A stretch of 39,411 nucleotides of DNA, taken from positions 1-39,411 of the IMG/VR virus record IMGVR_UViG_3300025018_000279, one strand, 5' to 3'. Source of the stretch: a virus (Duplodnaviria; Caudoviricetes). Numbering within the stretch: the stretch's first letter is position 1; each line of letters opens with the position of its first letter. Below are positions 17,659 to 26,059 of the stretch, in pieces. The position numbers and the translations under genes are program-made. Below the pieces are notes generated by a model. The model worked only from the letters and a program-made list of their open reading frames with translations, ran no database searches and had not been told where the DNA came from.

Positions 17659-18594
17659 TCATTCCTGACATTCGATCACGATCACGCCCTTGTCCTGGTT
17701 GCGCACGCAATCGACATAGGCCGAGACGTAGGCATAGGGCAGGTTCTTGGCACTGGTGTCGTTCCACATGTCGCCGGTGATGTCCTGCCAGACACCACGG
17801 ATGATGTTGGCCTTGGAAAAGATCGGGCACAGCCGCACCGTGTTGGCAGTCGCTGACACCGGCAGGCGGTTGGTCATGATCCAGTTGACACCCAGCAAGG
17901 TGGTGGGTTTGCCGGACTGCAACTGCTGGATATTGAAGGTGTTCAGGTTCACCCCCGATGCCACGGCAATTGCCAGCAGATCGTCGTTCTGCTGCGGCGT
18001 GATGATGCAGAACAGCGGGTCATCATCTTCCATGCCGAACTCGGCCTTCTGCAGCGTCAGCTTGGCGTCGCGCAGCTTGTCCAGCGTCAGGCCGGTCGTG
18101 CCGACCGGCACATACTGCCCGGCTGGCAGGGTGGTCTGGGTCTGTGCCCGCTTGCCTTCGTTGGCGTAGCCCATGATGCCGCCATCGGCCACCAGGTAAA
18201 GTCCGCTCACCGCATCCTTGCGGATCCCCAGGGTGCGGTCATGCACCCCGCGCCGCACCCGGTTGGTGTGGATGGTGACGTAGGTCGAGGTCGGATCGGT
18301 CGCCGTGGCGAACTTGTCTTCCTTGTCGATGTGATCGCCGCTTTCGATCACCGGCGGCTGGATCAGCCAGCGCCGGGTGCCGGTGATCGGGTTCTGCGGG
18401 TTGGTGCGGCTGCGCGCCTCGCCATACTGGTATTCGCCCGCATCGAACAGATCGGTGGTCGATTGCGCCTCGCCATTGGCCGAAATCACGGTCACGGCAT
18501 CTTTCAGACGGTCCAGCTTCTGCTGGGCCACCATGGTCACGGAATTGGCATACATCAGCCGGTGATGTGCCTCGACGTTCATTGCACGGGGCAT
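17659..18594 (-). CDS. Major capsid protein (311 aa)
   Basis: Y...V.MVAQQK..RL N-terminus, ITPQQ..DLL, G....LLGVNWI.TNRLP, C-terminal VR..DKGV..IEC.E; strong AAGGAGG RBS; follows scaffold. Confidence 0.9.
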   Translation of the reverse strand: MPRAMNVEAHHRLMYANSVTMVAQQKLDRLKDAVTVISANGEAQSTTDLFDAGEYQYGEARSRTNPQNPITGTRRWLIQPPVIESGDHIDKEDKFATATDPTSTYVTIHTNRVRRGVHDRTLGIRKDAVSGLYLVADGGIMGYANEGKRAQTQTTLPAGQYVPVGTTGLTLDKLRDAKLTLQKAEFGMEDDDPLFCIITPQQNDDLLAIAVASGVNLNTFNIQQLQSGKPTTLLGVNWIMTNRLPVSATANTVRLCPIFSKANIIRGVWQDITGDMWNDTSAKNLPYAYVSAYVDCVRNQDKGVIVIECQE

Positions 18595-18599
18595 CTTCC

Positions 18600-18745
18600 C
18601 CTCCTTCTTGAAAACTGACGACGATGTGTGAGCTTTCGGAAGGGGTGCCCGATCGATGCGGACCCGTCCTGATCATCCGCTGATCTGGGGCGGCAGTCTT
18701 TGCTGCTGTCATCTGGACCCGAAAATACCGGGGTGCCCGTCAATA
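18600..18745 (-). promoter_or_regulatory. Structured 5' leader of the capsid mRNA
   Basis: Two GGGCACCCC/GGGTCC bulged stems flanking two small hairpins (see findings). Confidence 0.55.
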
Positions 18746-18792
18746 TCTGGTGAAGCACAGATCGCAACAAACTTCAAGTGGTATCCGACCAT

Positions 18793-18821
18793 AAAAAACC
18801 CCGGTGCGCGCGGCACCGGGG
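18793..18821 (-). terminator. Rho-independent terminator after the scaffold gene
   Basis: 9-bp stem CCCCGGTGC/GCACCGGGG, 5-nt loop, then TTTTTT on the minus strand. Confidence 0.85.
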
Positions 18822-18851
18822 CTTTACAGAATGCCGAATATGTGCAGTGCC

Positions 18852-19841
18852 TCAGGAGGTGCCCGCTGCGATCTTCGAAAGCTGTTCGATGCGCGGTTTC
18901 AACGCGGCCATCGCCCTTGCATCCTGGGCGGAAAAGGCCTTGGCATACTCCCCCTCCGGCGCGTTCAACCGGGCGAGCTCGGCCCGTGCCTCGGCGGGCG
19001 TCATGGTCAGCGGCCCGCCCTTGCCGATGCCCACCGCCGTATCCTCGCCCATCATGTCGGCCATGGCCGCGAACAACCGGATTACCCCGGCATCGCCGGT
19101 CTTTGCGGCCAGCACCTGGCTGATGCCGCTCAACTGGTCGGTTGACATGCCCGCCTTCTCGGCCAGCAGTTGCGCCGCCTGCTTTGCCGCAGTGATCCTG
19201 GCGCCGGTCTGCGCCCCGAAGTCGCGCTGCAACTCGGCCATCATGTCGCCCTGCGCCTTGACCATGCCTTCCTTGGCAGCGGCATCCATTTGCTTGATCT
19301 TCTCGGCAAACAGCCCGACATAGGCCTTGTGCACGTCGGGCGGCACGCCCGCCTCGAACGCCACCTTGCGGGCCTTGGCCTCCAACTCGGTATCCCAGGC
19401 GGCATCCTTCGGCCAATCCTCGGGCGGGGCGGCGGTGTAGCCTTCTTCCTTGTCGGGCAGGCCAAGAATGGCGCCATTGCTGCGCATCCAGTCCGCCAGG
19501 TTCTGATCCTTGGCCGGGCGGTCCATGATGGTATCCAGTCCCTTGCCGATGCGCTGCTCGGCGGCGCGGTGACCATGGATCGTCTTCGGCAGCACCTTCA
19601 GCGGGTCATCCTCGGCCAAGCCGCGCGCCGCCAGCCACGCCCGATCTTCCGCCGAGTAGTCCGCCGCCTCGAACCACTTGGCCGCAGACGCCGCAGCGGC
19701 GTCACCACTGGCGGCTGCCGCTGCTCCGGTATCTGCGGCAGCACCTTCGGCCGCCGCCGCAGCACCGGCAGCACCGCCTTCAGTTGCAAACAGCCGGGTC
19801 GCCACCGGCAGGGCCGGGAAAAGCAGGGTCTTAAACATCAT
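18852..19841 (-). CDS. Capsid assembly (scaffold) protein
   Basis: Ala/Gly-rich N-terminus, LGLPD...Y, LQRDFG, MGED, TPAEARAEL motifs; between Bbp19-like gene and capsid. Confidence 0.8.
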   Translation of the reverse strand: MMFKTLLFPALPVATRLFATEGGAAGAAAAAEGAAADTGAAAAASGDAAAASAAKWFEAADYSAEDRAWLAARGLAEDDPLKVLPKTIHGHRAAEQRIGKGLDTIMDRPAKDQNLADWMRSNGAILGLPDKEEGYTAAPPEDWPKDAAWDTELEAKARKVAFEAGVPPDVHKAYVGLFAEKIKQMDAAAKEGMVKAQGDMMAELQRDFGAQTGARITAAKQAAQLLAEKAGMSTDQLSGISQVLAAKTGDAGVIRLFAAMADMMGEDTAVGIGKGGPLTMTPAEARAELARLNAPEGEYAKAFSAQDARAMAALKPRIEQLSKIAAGTS

Positions 19842-20127
19842 TGTCCTCCATCAGGGTGTTCATCTCGTCAAGGCTCAGGTTCATCATGGCCAGCAGTTGC
19901 AGGGCCAGATCGCGGCGGCCGGCCTCGTAGGCTAGCCGCTGCGGATTGCTGAGGTCGGGCGCGCCGTTCTCGATCGGCTGCAAGGTCAGCAGCCCGCCCA
20001 TGCGGATCACGTCGGCGGCAAGCTCGCGCTCGCGGGTGGCGGCGGCACGCCAGCGCCGGGCCACCTCTCCCGCCGTAGCGCGGCTCGGGAATATCGCCCG
20101 CAGAATTGTTACCCGGTCCCAGATCAT
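19831..20127 (-). CDS. Bbp19-like small head-associated protein
   Basis: LAYEAGRRDLALQLL motif; ATGA-coupled start at 20127; position between portal and scaffold. Confidence 0.75.
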   Translation of the reverse strand: MIWDRVTILRAIFPSRATAGEVARRWRAAATRERELAADVIRMGGLLTLQPIENGAPDLSNPQRLAYEAGRRDLALQLLAMMNLSLDEMNTLMEDNDV

Positions 20128-20357
20128 GCGGCCCCCCCCATGCTTGCGGCCTGCATCTGTTTCACGCAGGCCGTCGCGTCCTGGCGGAAATGCACGATGC
20201 TTTCGACCAGCGCCCAGACCATGCATTCCCGCTCGACATCGCCTGCGAGCAACGGCTCGATGGCGGCGCGAAGGGCGGTTTCGCAGCCAGATTGCAGGTG
20301 CAGCGCATCCTGCGCCGCTTCGGCAGCGTCGAATATGTCCTGCATCGGGTCACGCAT
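20124..20357 (-). CDS. Hypothetical protein (77 aa)
   Basis: GAGGAGG RBS before ATG 20357; overlaps both neighbours. Confidence 0.7.
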   Translation of the reverse strand: MRDPMQDIFDAAEAAQDALHLQSGCETALRAAIEPLLAGDVERECMVWALVESIVHFRQDATACVKQMQAASMGGAA

Positions 20358-20613
20358 TGCCCTCCTCCTCTGCGACCGCAAGCACAGCGAAGGGCACCAC
20401 GGCAAAGCCTTCCATGTCGTCGCGCGTGTTGAACCGCATCGCCAGCGCGTCCTGCCACAACTCCAGCGCCTGCGGGATTGTCAGCACCTGCTGGCCCCTG
20501 ACCATCTCCGCCAGATACTGCCGCCCGATGTCGCAGACCAGCGGCGCGTAACCCCGCATCAGCATGGTGGCCCGCGCCTGGGCGATCTCCTGCAACTGAT
20601 CCACTGCCATCAT
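20350..20613 (-). CDS. Hypothetical protein (87 aa)
   Basis: ATGA overlap with the portal stop codon. Confidence 0.7.
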   Translation of the reverse strand: MMAVDQLQEIAQARATMLMRGYAPLVCDIGRQYLAEMVRGQQVLTIPQALELWQDALAMRFNTRDDMEGFAVVPFAVLAVAEEEGNA

Positions 20614-22271
20614 GCACCACCGCCTTGGCCCGCCGCCGCCATCTGGGCCTGCGCCCCGGCGACATCCTTCATCATTCCGGCCCCGGCTTGCGCCGCCGCC
20701 ATCATCTGCTGGGCCTGCTGCGCCTGGGCGCGTTGCTGTGCCATGGCATCCGCCGCCTCGCGCGAGCGGAACATCTTCGCCGGGGCACCCCGCGCATCGC
20801 CCAGCGTCTCGAGCAACCCGTCCTCGTCGATCCGGTCGGCCAGCCGGGGCTTGATCTGCAACAGCGGTGCGATGTCCTGCAACACCCGCAGCGCGGCATT
20901 ACCCTCGACCGAGCGCTGCGCGGCGGCGGCAGCGCTGAGATACTGGATATCCAGCGCCACCCCCTGCATTTCCGGCGGCGGGGGCGGCAGTTGCCCGGCC
21001 CGCCACAATAGACTGAACCGGCGCGCGATCTTGGGGGCCAGAAACTCTTCCTGCACCCGGCCCTGGTGCGGGGCCCACAGCCGTTGACGCTCTTCGTTGA
21101 TCGTCATGACCTCGGTCGCCGTCATCCCGGTGCGCCCGGCCAGGTTCATCAGCGTGAAATGGAACGCATCGCGGATTTCCTCCATCTTCTGCTGTTTTTC
21201 CTGCAAGGTCAGGCCAAGCGCGCCGTTCATTTCCAACGGGCGCAGCATCGCCTGCCCTTGGGTGTTCAGCCCACCATAGACCACCGCCCCCGGTCGGGCT
21301 TTGCCGTTCAGCGGCCAGTCCTGCCGATCCGGTGCCAGCAGCGTCGGGTCGGCTGCCCGCTGCGCCGCTCGCATCGTGGCATCCTCCATCCGGTTGTGCA
21401 TCCGCGCCGAGGCGAGCGCCACGAACCCGGGGCCGGTGCCGTAAACCGCGCCGGTATCCACTTCCCAGCGCGCGGCATAGAACGGCATTTCGTCATAACC
21501 ATTTTCGCGCACCAGGGTGCGCTCGATCTCGCAGGAATAGCGCGACAACCAGCGCTTGCCGCGCGGCCCCAGCCGCCCCGGCTGAAACCCGTCATTCGGC
21601 AGCACATGGTGGTAAAAGGTGATCAGCCCGCGGTCGCCCTTCTGCGCCAGATCGTCGATCCTGGCGGGCAGCGCTTTTGCCCCGAACATCCGCAAGGCGG
21701 AACTGGGGCTCAATCCGAACTTGCGCACCACCTCGTTCACCCGCCCGAAGCCATCGATGTCGAAACACACCTCCGACAGCGAAATCGTCACGTCGAGGAT
21801 TTTGCGCTCGGCCAGCACCACCTCGTCATACTGCGCGGCATTGCCGAATGCCGCGAGGTCCGAGAAAATCTGGGTGGCGCTGGTGTAGAACGGGCTGACC
21901 GACGGCATGAAACTGGCCAGCACCCGGTCGGTCACCGCGTCCATCCACAGCCGCGCGGGCTGCCAGGCGTTCAGATCGCTGTCATTGGTGCGAAACCCGA
22001 ACCAGCGGTTGGCCGGGTTGGTCAGGGTGCCGTAAAGCCCCGCTGCGAAATTCGACTGCGCCATGATCGGCGCACTCGACAACGGCTTTTCCAAGGTTCG
22101 GTCGCCCACCGGCGTGCTGCCGGAAAAGCCGCCACGCTGGGGCCGGAACAGCCGGGCGATGTCTTCCCACATCGCCTCGTGCTGGCTGCGGCCGGATTTC
22201 ATCTCTCCCCAGCGCCGCTCGGCCTCCCCGGCCGCCGGGTGCTCGGTGCCGATCATCGACATCTGGCTCAT
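20610..22271 (-). CDS. Portal protein (head-to-tail connector, T7 gp8/Bbp21-like)
   Basis: LTNPANRWF, DLAAFGNA, RW....G.VYG.GP, MTATEV motifs, Q-rich C-terminus; ATGA start at 22271. Confidence 0.95.
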   Translation of the reverse strand: MSQMSMIGTEHPAAGEAERRWGEMKSGRSQHEAMWEDIARLFRPQRGGFSGSTPVGDRTLEKPLSSAPIMAQSNFAAGLYGTLTNPANRWFGFRTNDSDLNAWQPARLWMDAVTDRVLASFMPSVSPFYTSATQIFSDLAAFGNAAQYDEVVLAERKILDVTISLSEVCFDIDGFGRVNEVVRKFGLSPSSALRMFGAKALPARIDDLAQKGDRGLITFYHHVLPNDGFQPGRLGPRGKRWLSRYSCEIERTLVRENGYDEMPFYAARWEVDTGAVYGTGPGFVALASARMHNRMEDATMRAAQRAADPTLLAPDRQDWPLNGKARPGAVVYGGLNTQGQAMLRPLEMNGALGLTLQEKQQKMEEIRDAFHFTLMNLAGRTGMTATEVMTINEERQRLWAPHQGRVQEEFLAPKIARRFSLLWRAGQLPPPPPEMQGVALDIQYLSAAAAAQRSVEGNAALRVLQDIAPLLQIKPRLADRIDEDGLLETLGDARGAPAKMFRSREAADAMAQQRAQAQQAQQMMAAAQAGAGMMKDVAGAQAQMAAAGQGGGA

Positions 22272-22459
22272 GCCGCCACCCCGCCCAGCGTGCGCGAACC
22301 GGCCGGAATGCCGGTGGGCGCGGTCAGCACATTGGCCGCCGCCCCGGCGCGGCGCCGGCGCAACCGGGCCTCGATGTCGGCCTGTTTCAGCGCCTCCTGA
22401 TTGTCGAATGCGGCAACCTGCAGCGGCTGGATCTTCGGGGTCTTGGGAAAGATGCACAT
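22268..22459 (-). CDS. Small virion protein, T7 gp6.7-like (63 aa)
   Basis: MCIFPKTPKIQP start, RRRRAG...VLT...G...TLG end; directly upstream of portal; AAGGA RBS. Confidence 0.75.
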   Translation of the reverse strand: MCIFPKTPKIQPLQVAAFDNQEALKQADIEARLRRRRAGAAANVLTAPTGIPAGSRTLGGVAA

Positions 22460-22461
22460 GT

Positions 22462-22989
22462 TCACGTCCTTTCGGTTGCGGGGGTGATGGTGGGGCAGGT
22501 CCAGGCGAACTGGCGGAAGGTGATACGCCCGGTCAGGCCAAAGCCCGGCATGTCGCATTCGGGGCTGAACCCTAACGACACCAGCAGGGCCGATGCCGTC
22601 GGATGATCGGCCCAGGCACGGGCCTCGATGCGGTGAATTTCGTGCCTTGCGGCGAAATCGGGCATACCTTGGCGGATCGCCAGCGCCAGCTCGGCCAGCG
22701 GGCGGCGAAAGGCGTGGTGATCGCGCGCCAGCAGGGCGGCCTGCGCCACACCGGCCTGCCCGGTATTGGCCAGCGCGAACACCGCGAAAGGCCTGGCACC
22801 GCGCCGGGGCGAGGTGATGGCGACATAGCTGACCAGCCGCACCGCCTCCATCGCCCGCCACTCGGCAAACAGCGCCAGATGGCCGGAAAGCGCGCCCCGC
22901 ACCAGTTCGGCCTCCATGAAATCATGGGGATCAAGCCGCGACAGCACCGCCATCGCCGCCAGATCGTCATAGGGGCGCACCTCGATCAT
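22462..22989 (-). CDS. GNAT-fold virion assembly protein (T7 gp13-like)
   Basis: IHRIEARAWADHPTASALLVSLGFSPEC GNAT C-terminal pattern; LDPHD..E N-terminus. Confidence 0.7.
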   Translation of the reverse strand: MIEVRPYDDLAAMAVLSRLDPHDFMEAELVRGALSGHLALFAEWRAMEAVRLVSYVAITSPRRGARPFAVFALANTGQAGVAQAALLARDHHAFRRPLAELALAIRQGMPDFAARHEIHRIEARAWADHPTASALLVSLGFSPECDMPGFGLTGRITFRQFAWTCPTITPATERT

Positions 22990-22991
22990 GC

Positions 22992-23339
22992 TCAGACCGC
23001 CTCGCCGCTCAGGCAGGCGCGACGGGCCTTGCTGCACCAGGTGGTCAGGGCCTGCGCCAGCCCGGCGGTGTTGGTGGTCTCGATCCCAGCCAGCCGCACC
23101 AGCGCGGCACTGCCCGAGGTGTCGATTTTTGCGTGCGGCAGTGCCGCCAGCGCCTGCACCAGGCTGTCGCGGCCCAGATTGTTGTTGCCCGCCTCGATCT
23201 GGGCGATCAGCCCGCGCAACACCGCCGCATCGAGCGGCTTTTTCGCCTTGGCCTTGGTGTCCGCACCCGTCGATCGGTCCGCCAGCGCGGCCTTTTCCAT
23301 CACGGTATATTCCTGCGGTAGGGTTGTTTTCTCGGTCAT
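22992..23339 (-). CDS. Hypothetical protein (115 aa)
   Basis: GGAGG RBS before ATG 23339, right after the terL stop. Confidence 0.75.
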   Translation of the reverse strand: MTEKTTLPQEYTVMEKAALADRSTGADTKAKAKKPLDAAVLRGLIAQIEAGNNNLGRDSLVQALAALPHAKIDTSGSAALVRLAGIETTNTAGLAQALTTWCSKARRACLSGEAV

Positions 23340-23340
23340 G

Positions 23341-25143
23341 TCAAATTCCTCCATAGGGGTTGAGAACATCAAAGCCGGTCATCAGCCGATCGTCAGGCTC
23401 TTGCGGTCGGCCCATCGCGGGACCGCCGCTCAGGCCCAGCAGGGCAGCCTTGCCCGCCGGGAAACTGATCTGGTTGATGCCGCTGCCCGCCAGGCTGCGC
23501 GACAGCAGCGCGTATTGCAGCGCATCCATCACGTTGGCCTCGGTCAGCCGCTTGTCGGGCACCTTGCGCTTGTCGCCCGAGGCGTCGATCTGGTCGGTCC
23601 AGACATAGCGTGCCTCAAAGCCCCGGATCAGGAAGCGGCACGATGGATCGATCTCCAGCCCCGGCTGGCCGCCGTGCATGAACTCCAGCGCCGCGCGCAC
23701 CGCCTCAAGCCGCGGCTGAATGCGGTTGGTGCCGATCTTCTGGGGTCGGATGCGAAACCCCACCGCCTGGCTGACCAGCTTGTTCCAGGTGGCGTTTTCA
23801 TTCGCCGCCTGACTGGCCCCCTGTTCGCCCGCCATGTCGGCAAAGCCACCGAAGATCGGCCAGTTGGGCCAGCGCCGTTCCAGAAGGTCAGCCAGCCGCC
23901 GCCCGAACTCGGCTGCCATCAGCCGCTCGTTCGGAAAGTGCAGCTCGGCCAGTGCCCGCCAGCGGAACGGCTCGACGAATTGCAGCACCACCGCCGCTCC
24001 CTTGAAACCCTGATCCAGCCCGATGGTCAGCGGCACCCCGCCGATCGGCACCAGGGTGGCCTCGGCGACATGGATGCGGCGGTTGAACTCGCGCCCGAAC
24101 ACCGGATCCCCCGCCCGCAGATAGACGATCTTGTTGAACACCAGCCGGTCGTTCATGTCGCCCCGGCCCGCCAAGCTGTTGGTGGCAATCTGGCGCGGGT
24201 AATAGCCCGGCGACAGGTTTTGCAGGTTCTCGCAGCCCGGCTGACCATAGCCCGGCTGGTTGTGAAAGCTGATGGCGATCTGCCGCGCCAGCGCCTGGCC
24301 CTTTTCCTTGGCAAGATCGGCCATGATCTGGTTCATCAGCCCGGCCATGCGGCTGCGCTCGGCGGCGTCATGGAACACCTTGAAGGTCCAGTTGTCCTCG
24401 TCGGGCGCATTGAAGTCGCAGACGATCTGGCCGTAACCCTGCTGCTCGGGCGCATAGCCGGCGAAATGCGCCAGCCCGGGCCAGCGGTCGATCCGCCCGA
24501 TGCCTGTGGTCAGCACATCGACCGGCACGGTGTCGGCCTCGTTCAACCACATGTCGGTGGTCTGGATGCCGCGCATCGAAGCCACGATGTCATCGCCGAA
24601 GGCCATGAACTCGGTGATGAACTCGATCGGTCCCTGGCCGTCATCGAATTCGATGGCGTGGCGCACCGGATCGCCGCGCCCGCCCGACCACTGCCCCAGC
24701 GCCTTGGGAAAGGTTTCCAAATAGCTCGGTATCGTGGTCGACCACAGTTGCCGGTAGGTCTCGCGCACCACCAAGAGCTTGTAGCGCCGCCAGCCGTCGA
24801 TGGTCGAGCGCGGCATCATCACCGCCCGGCGCAGCCGCGATTTCAGCAAGGTGGTGGTCTTGCCACTGCCAACCGGCCCCTGAATAGCGGCGATGTCGCT
24901 GTCATCCCAAAAGAAGGCTGCCGAGACCGGGCCGGGAAAAGTAAAGCTTTCCACATCCGGCATCTTGTCGGCGGCATTTTCCGCAGCTAGGGTCGCAACA
25001 GCTTCGGCCGCACCCATCGCGGCCAGCGCGTCAGCTTGCTCCTGACCACCCGCAACCGGCCCTGCCCCGCCCCGCATCGCGTCGGCGGGGGCAGAAAGCA
25101 TTCCCCCCTGACCCCAATGGCGATGGTTCCATTTCGCGGTCAT
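23341..25143 (-). CDS. terL: Terminase large subunit (start uncertain)
   Basis: Walker A GPVGSGKT, VVRETYRQL, Walker B WLNEA, coupling motif CDFNAP, nuclease GLDQG and DALQY. Confidence 0.93.
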   Translation of the reverse strand: MTAKWNHRHWGQGGMLSAPADAMRGGAGPVAGGQEQADALAAMGAAEAVATLAAENAADKMPDVESFTFPGPVSAAFFWDDSDIAAIQGPVGSGKTTTLLKSRLRRAVMMPRSTIDGWRRYKLLVVRETYRQLWSTTIPSYLETFPKALGQWSGGRGDPVRHAIEFDDGQGPIEFITEFMAFGDDIVASMRGIQTTDMWLNEADTVPVDVLTTGIGRIDRWPGLAHFAGYAPEQQGYGQIVCDFNAPDEDNWTFKVFHDAAERSRMAGLMNQIMADLAKEKGQALARQIAISFHNQPGYGQPGCENLQNLSPGYYPRQIATNSLAGRGDMNDRLVFNKIVYLRAGDPVFGREFNRRIHVAEATLVPIGGVPLTIGLDQGFKGAAVVLQFVEPFRWRALAELHFPNERLMAAEFGRRLADLLERRWPNWPIFGGFADMAGEQGASQAANENATWNKLVSQAVGFRIRPQKIGTNRIQPRLEAVRAALEFMHGGQPGLEIDPSCRFLIRGFEARYVWTDQIDASGDKRKVPDKRLTEANVMDALQYALLSRSLAGSGINQISFPAGKAALLGLSGGPAMGRPQEPDDRLMTGFDVLNPYGGI

Positions 25144-25373
25144 CCCCGAACCCGCCGACCTTCGGAATTCCCGAATGGGGTCACACGGAGGGGGAGTGAG
25201 ACTGGCCCGCGATGCCCCCCCCGGGGGGTCGAGGAGGCCGCGCGCGTCGTTGGCCCGGAAGGCAAAAAGGGGGGGGTGTTGCCTGCCAACACCAGTGCGA
25301 ACCCGCTGCGGCCGCCTTGCTGCGTCAGATTGGCAATCTGACGGTTGCCGCGTTTTTGTTCTTGGCTTTTCAA
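25140..25373 (-). CDS. Possible 77-aa bridging ORF between terS and terL
   Basis: TTGA overlap with terS stop and ATGA overlap with terL start, but the protein looks unstructured and overlaps cis-acting sites. Confidence 0.3.
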   Translation of the reverse strand: MKSQEQKRGNRQIANLTQQGGRSGFALVLAGNTPPFLPSGPTTRAASSTPRGGHRGPVSLPLRVTPFGNSEGRRVRG

Positions 25374-25441
25374 CGCCTTATTCCTTCCGTCCGAATTTCA
25401 GCGTCCGAATGCTCTTTGACCGCATCGGCAAGCCCTTGATT
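25323..25441. promoter_or_regulatory. att-like site: core-type palindrome, IHF-like boxes and TCGGACG repeats
   Basis: CGTCAGATTG-G-CAATCTGACG at 25323-25343; IHF-like TTTCAACGCCTTA at 25368-25380 and AATCAAGGGCTTG (minus) at 25429-25441; CGTCCGAAT at 25388 and 25402. Confidence 0.7.
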
Positions 25442-26041
25442 TCGCTGTATTTCATCCGGCATCGGCGGCGGCGCGATCCGCCGCGCCTGCGGCGTCACAT
25501 CGCGGGCACCGGCACCCGGCACGGCAGGTGCCGCGCCACCCGGCATGACGATCGTTACCGCTGACGTCACCGCCACGTCCGGCGTCAGCTTGGCCAGGCC
25601 GTAGGGCGCCAGCGCCTCGGCCGCGCGCAACTGGATGGTGTAAATCTGGATGAACAGCGCCGCCCGCTGTGCCGCGCTCGGCCCGCTGACCCGCACCACG
25701 CGCCCATCCATCATCTTGCGATACTCCGGCGCGCCGGTTTCCGCCGCCAGCACGATCCGCTCCATCGTCGCCAGGGCGGTGGTCACCGCATCATCGCGCG
25801 ATGACAGCCCCGCCATCTCGGCCAGCACGTCTTCAGGCATCTTGAAACCGCGATGTGCCAGCCAGTCGCGCAGCCGGTTGACCGCCTTGGCCTTGCCGCG
25901 CCGCCCGGTGCCCGGCCCGCCCGCGCCCTCGCCCGGCTCGTCCGGCAGCAGCGGCAGTTGCCGACCGGCGGCGCGCGACCTCTCGACCCGCGCCGCAGCC
26001 TCGGCGGCAAGCTCATCATACCGATTGTCGGGCTTTGCCAC
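25370..26041 (-). CDS. terS: Putative terminase small subunit (223 aa)
   Basis: Upstream of terL; GRRGKAK basic patch and LRAAEALAPY...KL motif; GTG start with AAGGGGG RBS. Confidence 0.7.
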   Translation of the reverse strand: MAKPDNRYDELAAEAAARVERSRAAGRQLPLLPDEPGEGAGGPGTGRRGKAKAVNRLRDWLAHRGFKMPEDVLAEMAGLSSRDDAVTTALATMERIVLAAETGAPEYRKMMDGRVVRVSGPSAAQRAALFIQIYTIQLRAAEALAPYGLAKLTPDVAVTSAVTIVMPGGAAPAVPGAGARDVTPQARRIAPPPMPDEIQRNQGLADAVKEHSDAEIRTEGIRR

Positions 26042-26059
26042 GTCAAATCCCCCCTTTTT

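Noticed and set aside
6241-24990. Long plus-strand ORFs (e.g. 6241-8634, 12269-13837, 22603-24990)
   Set aside because: Antisense shadows of real minus-strand genes, expected with high-GC codon bias; no motifs or RBS.
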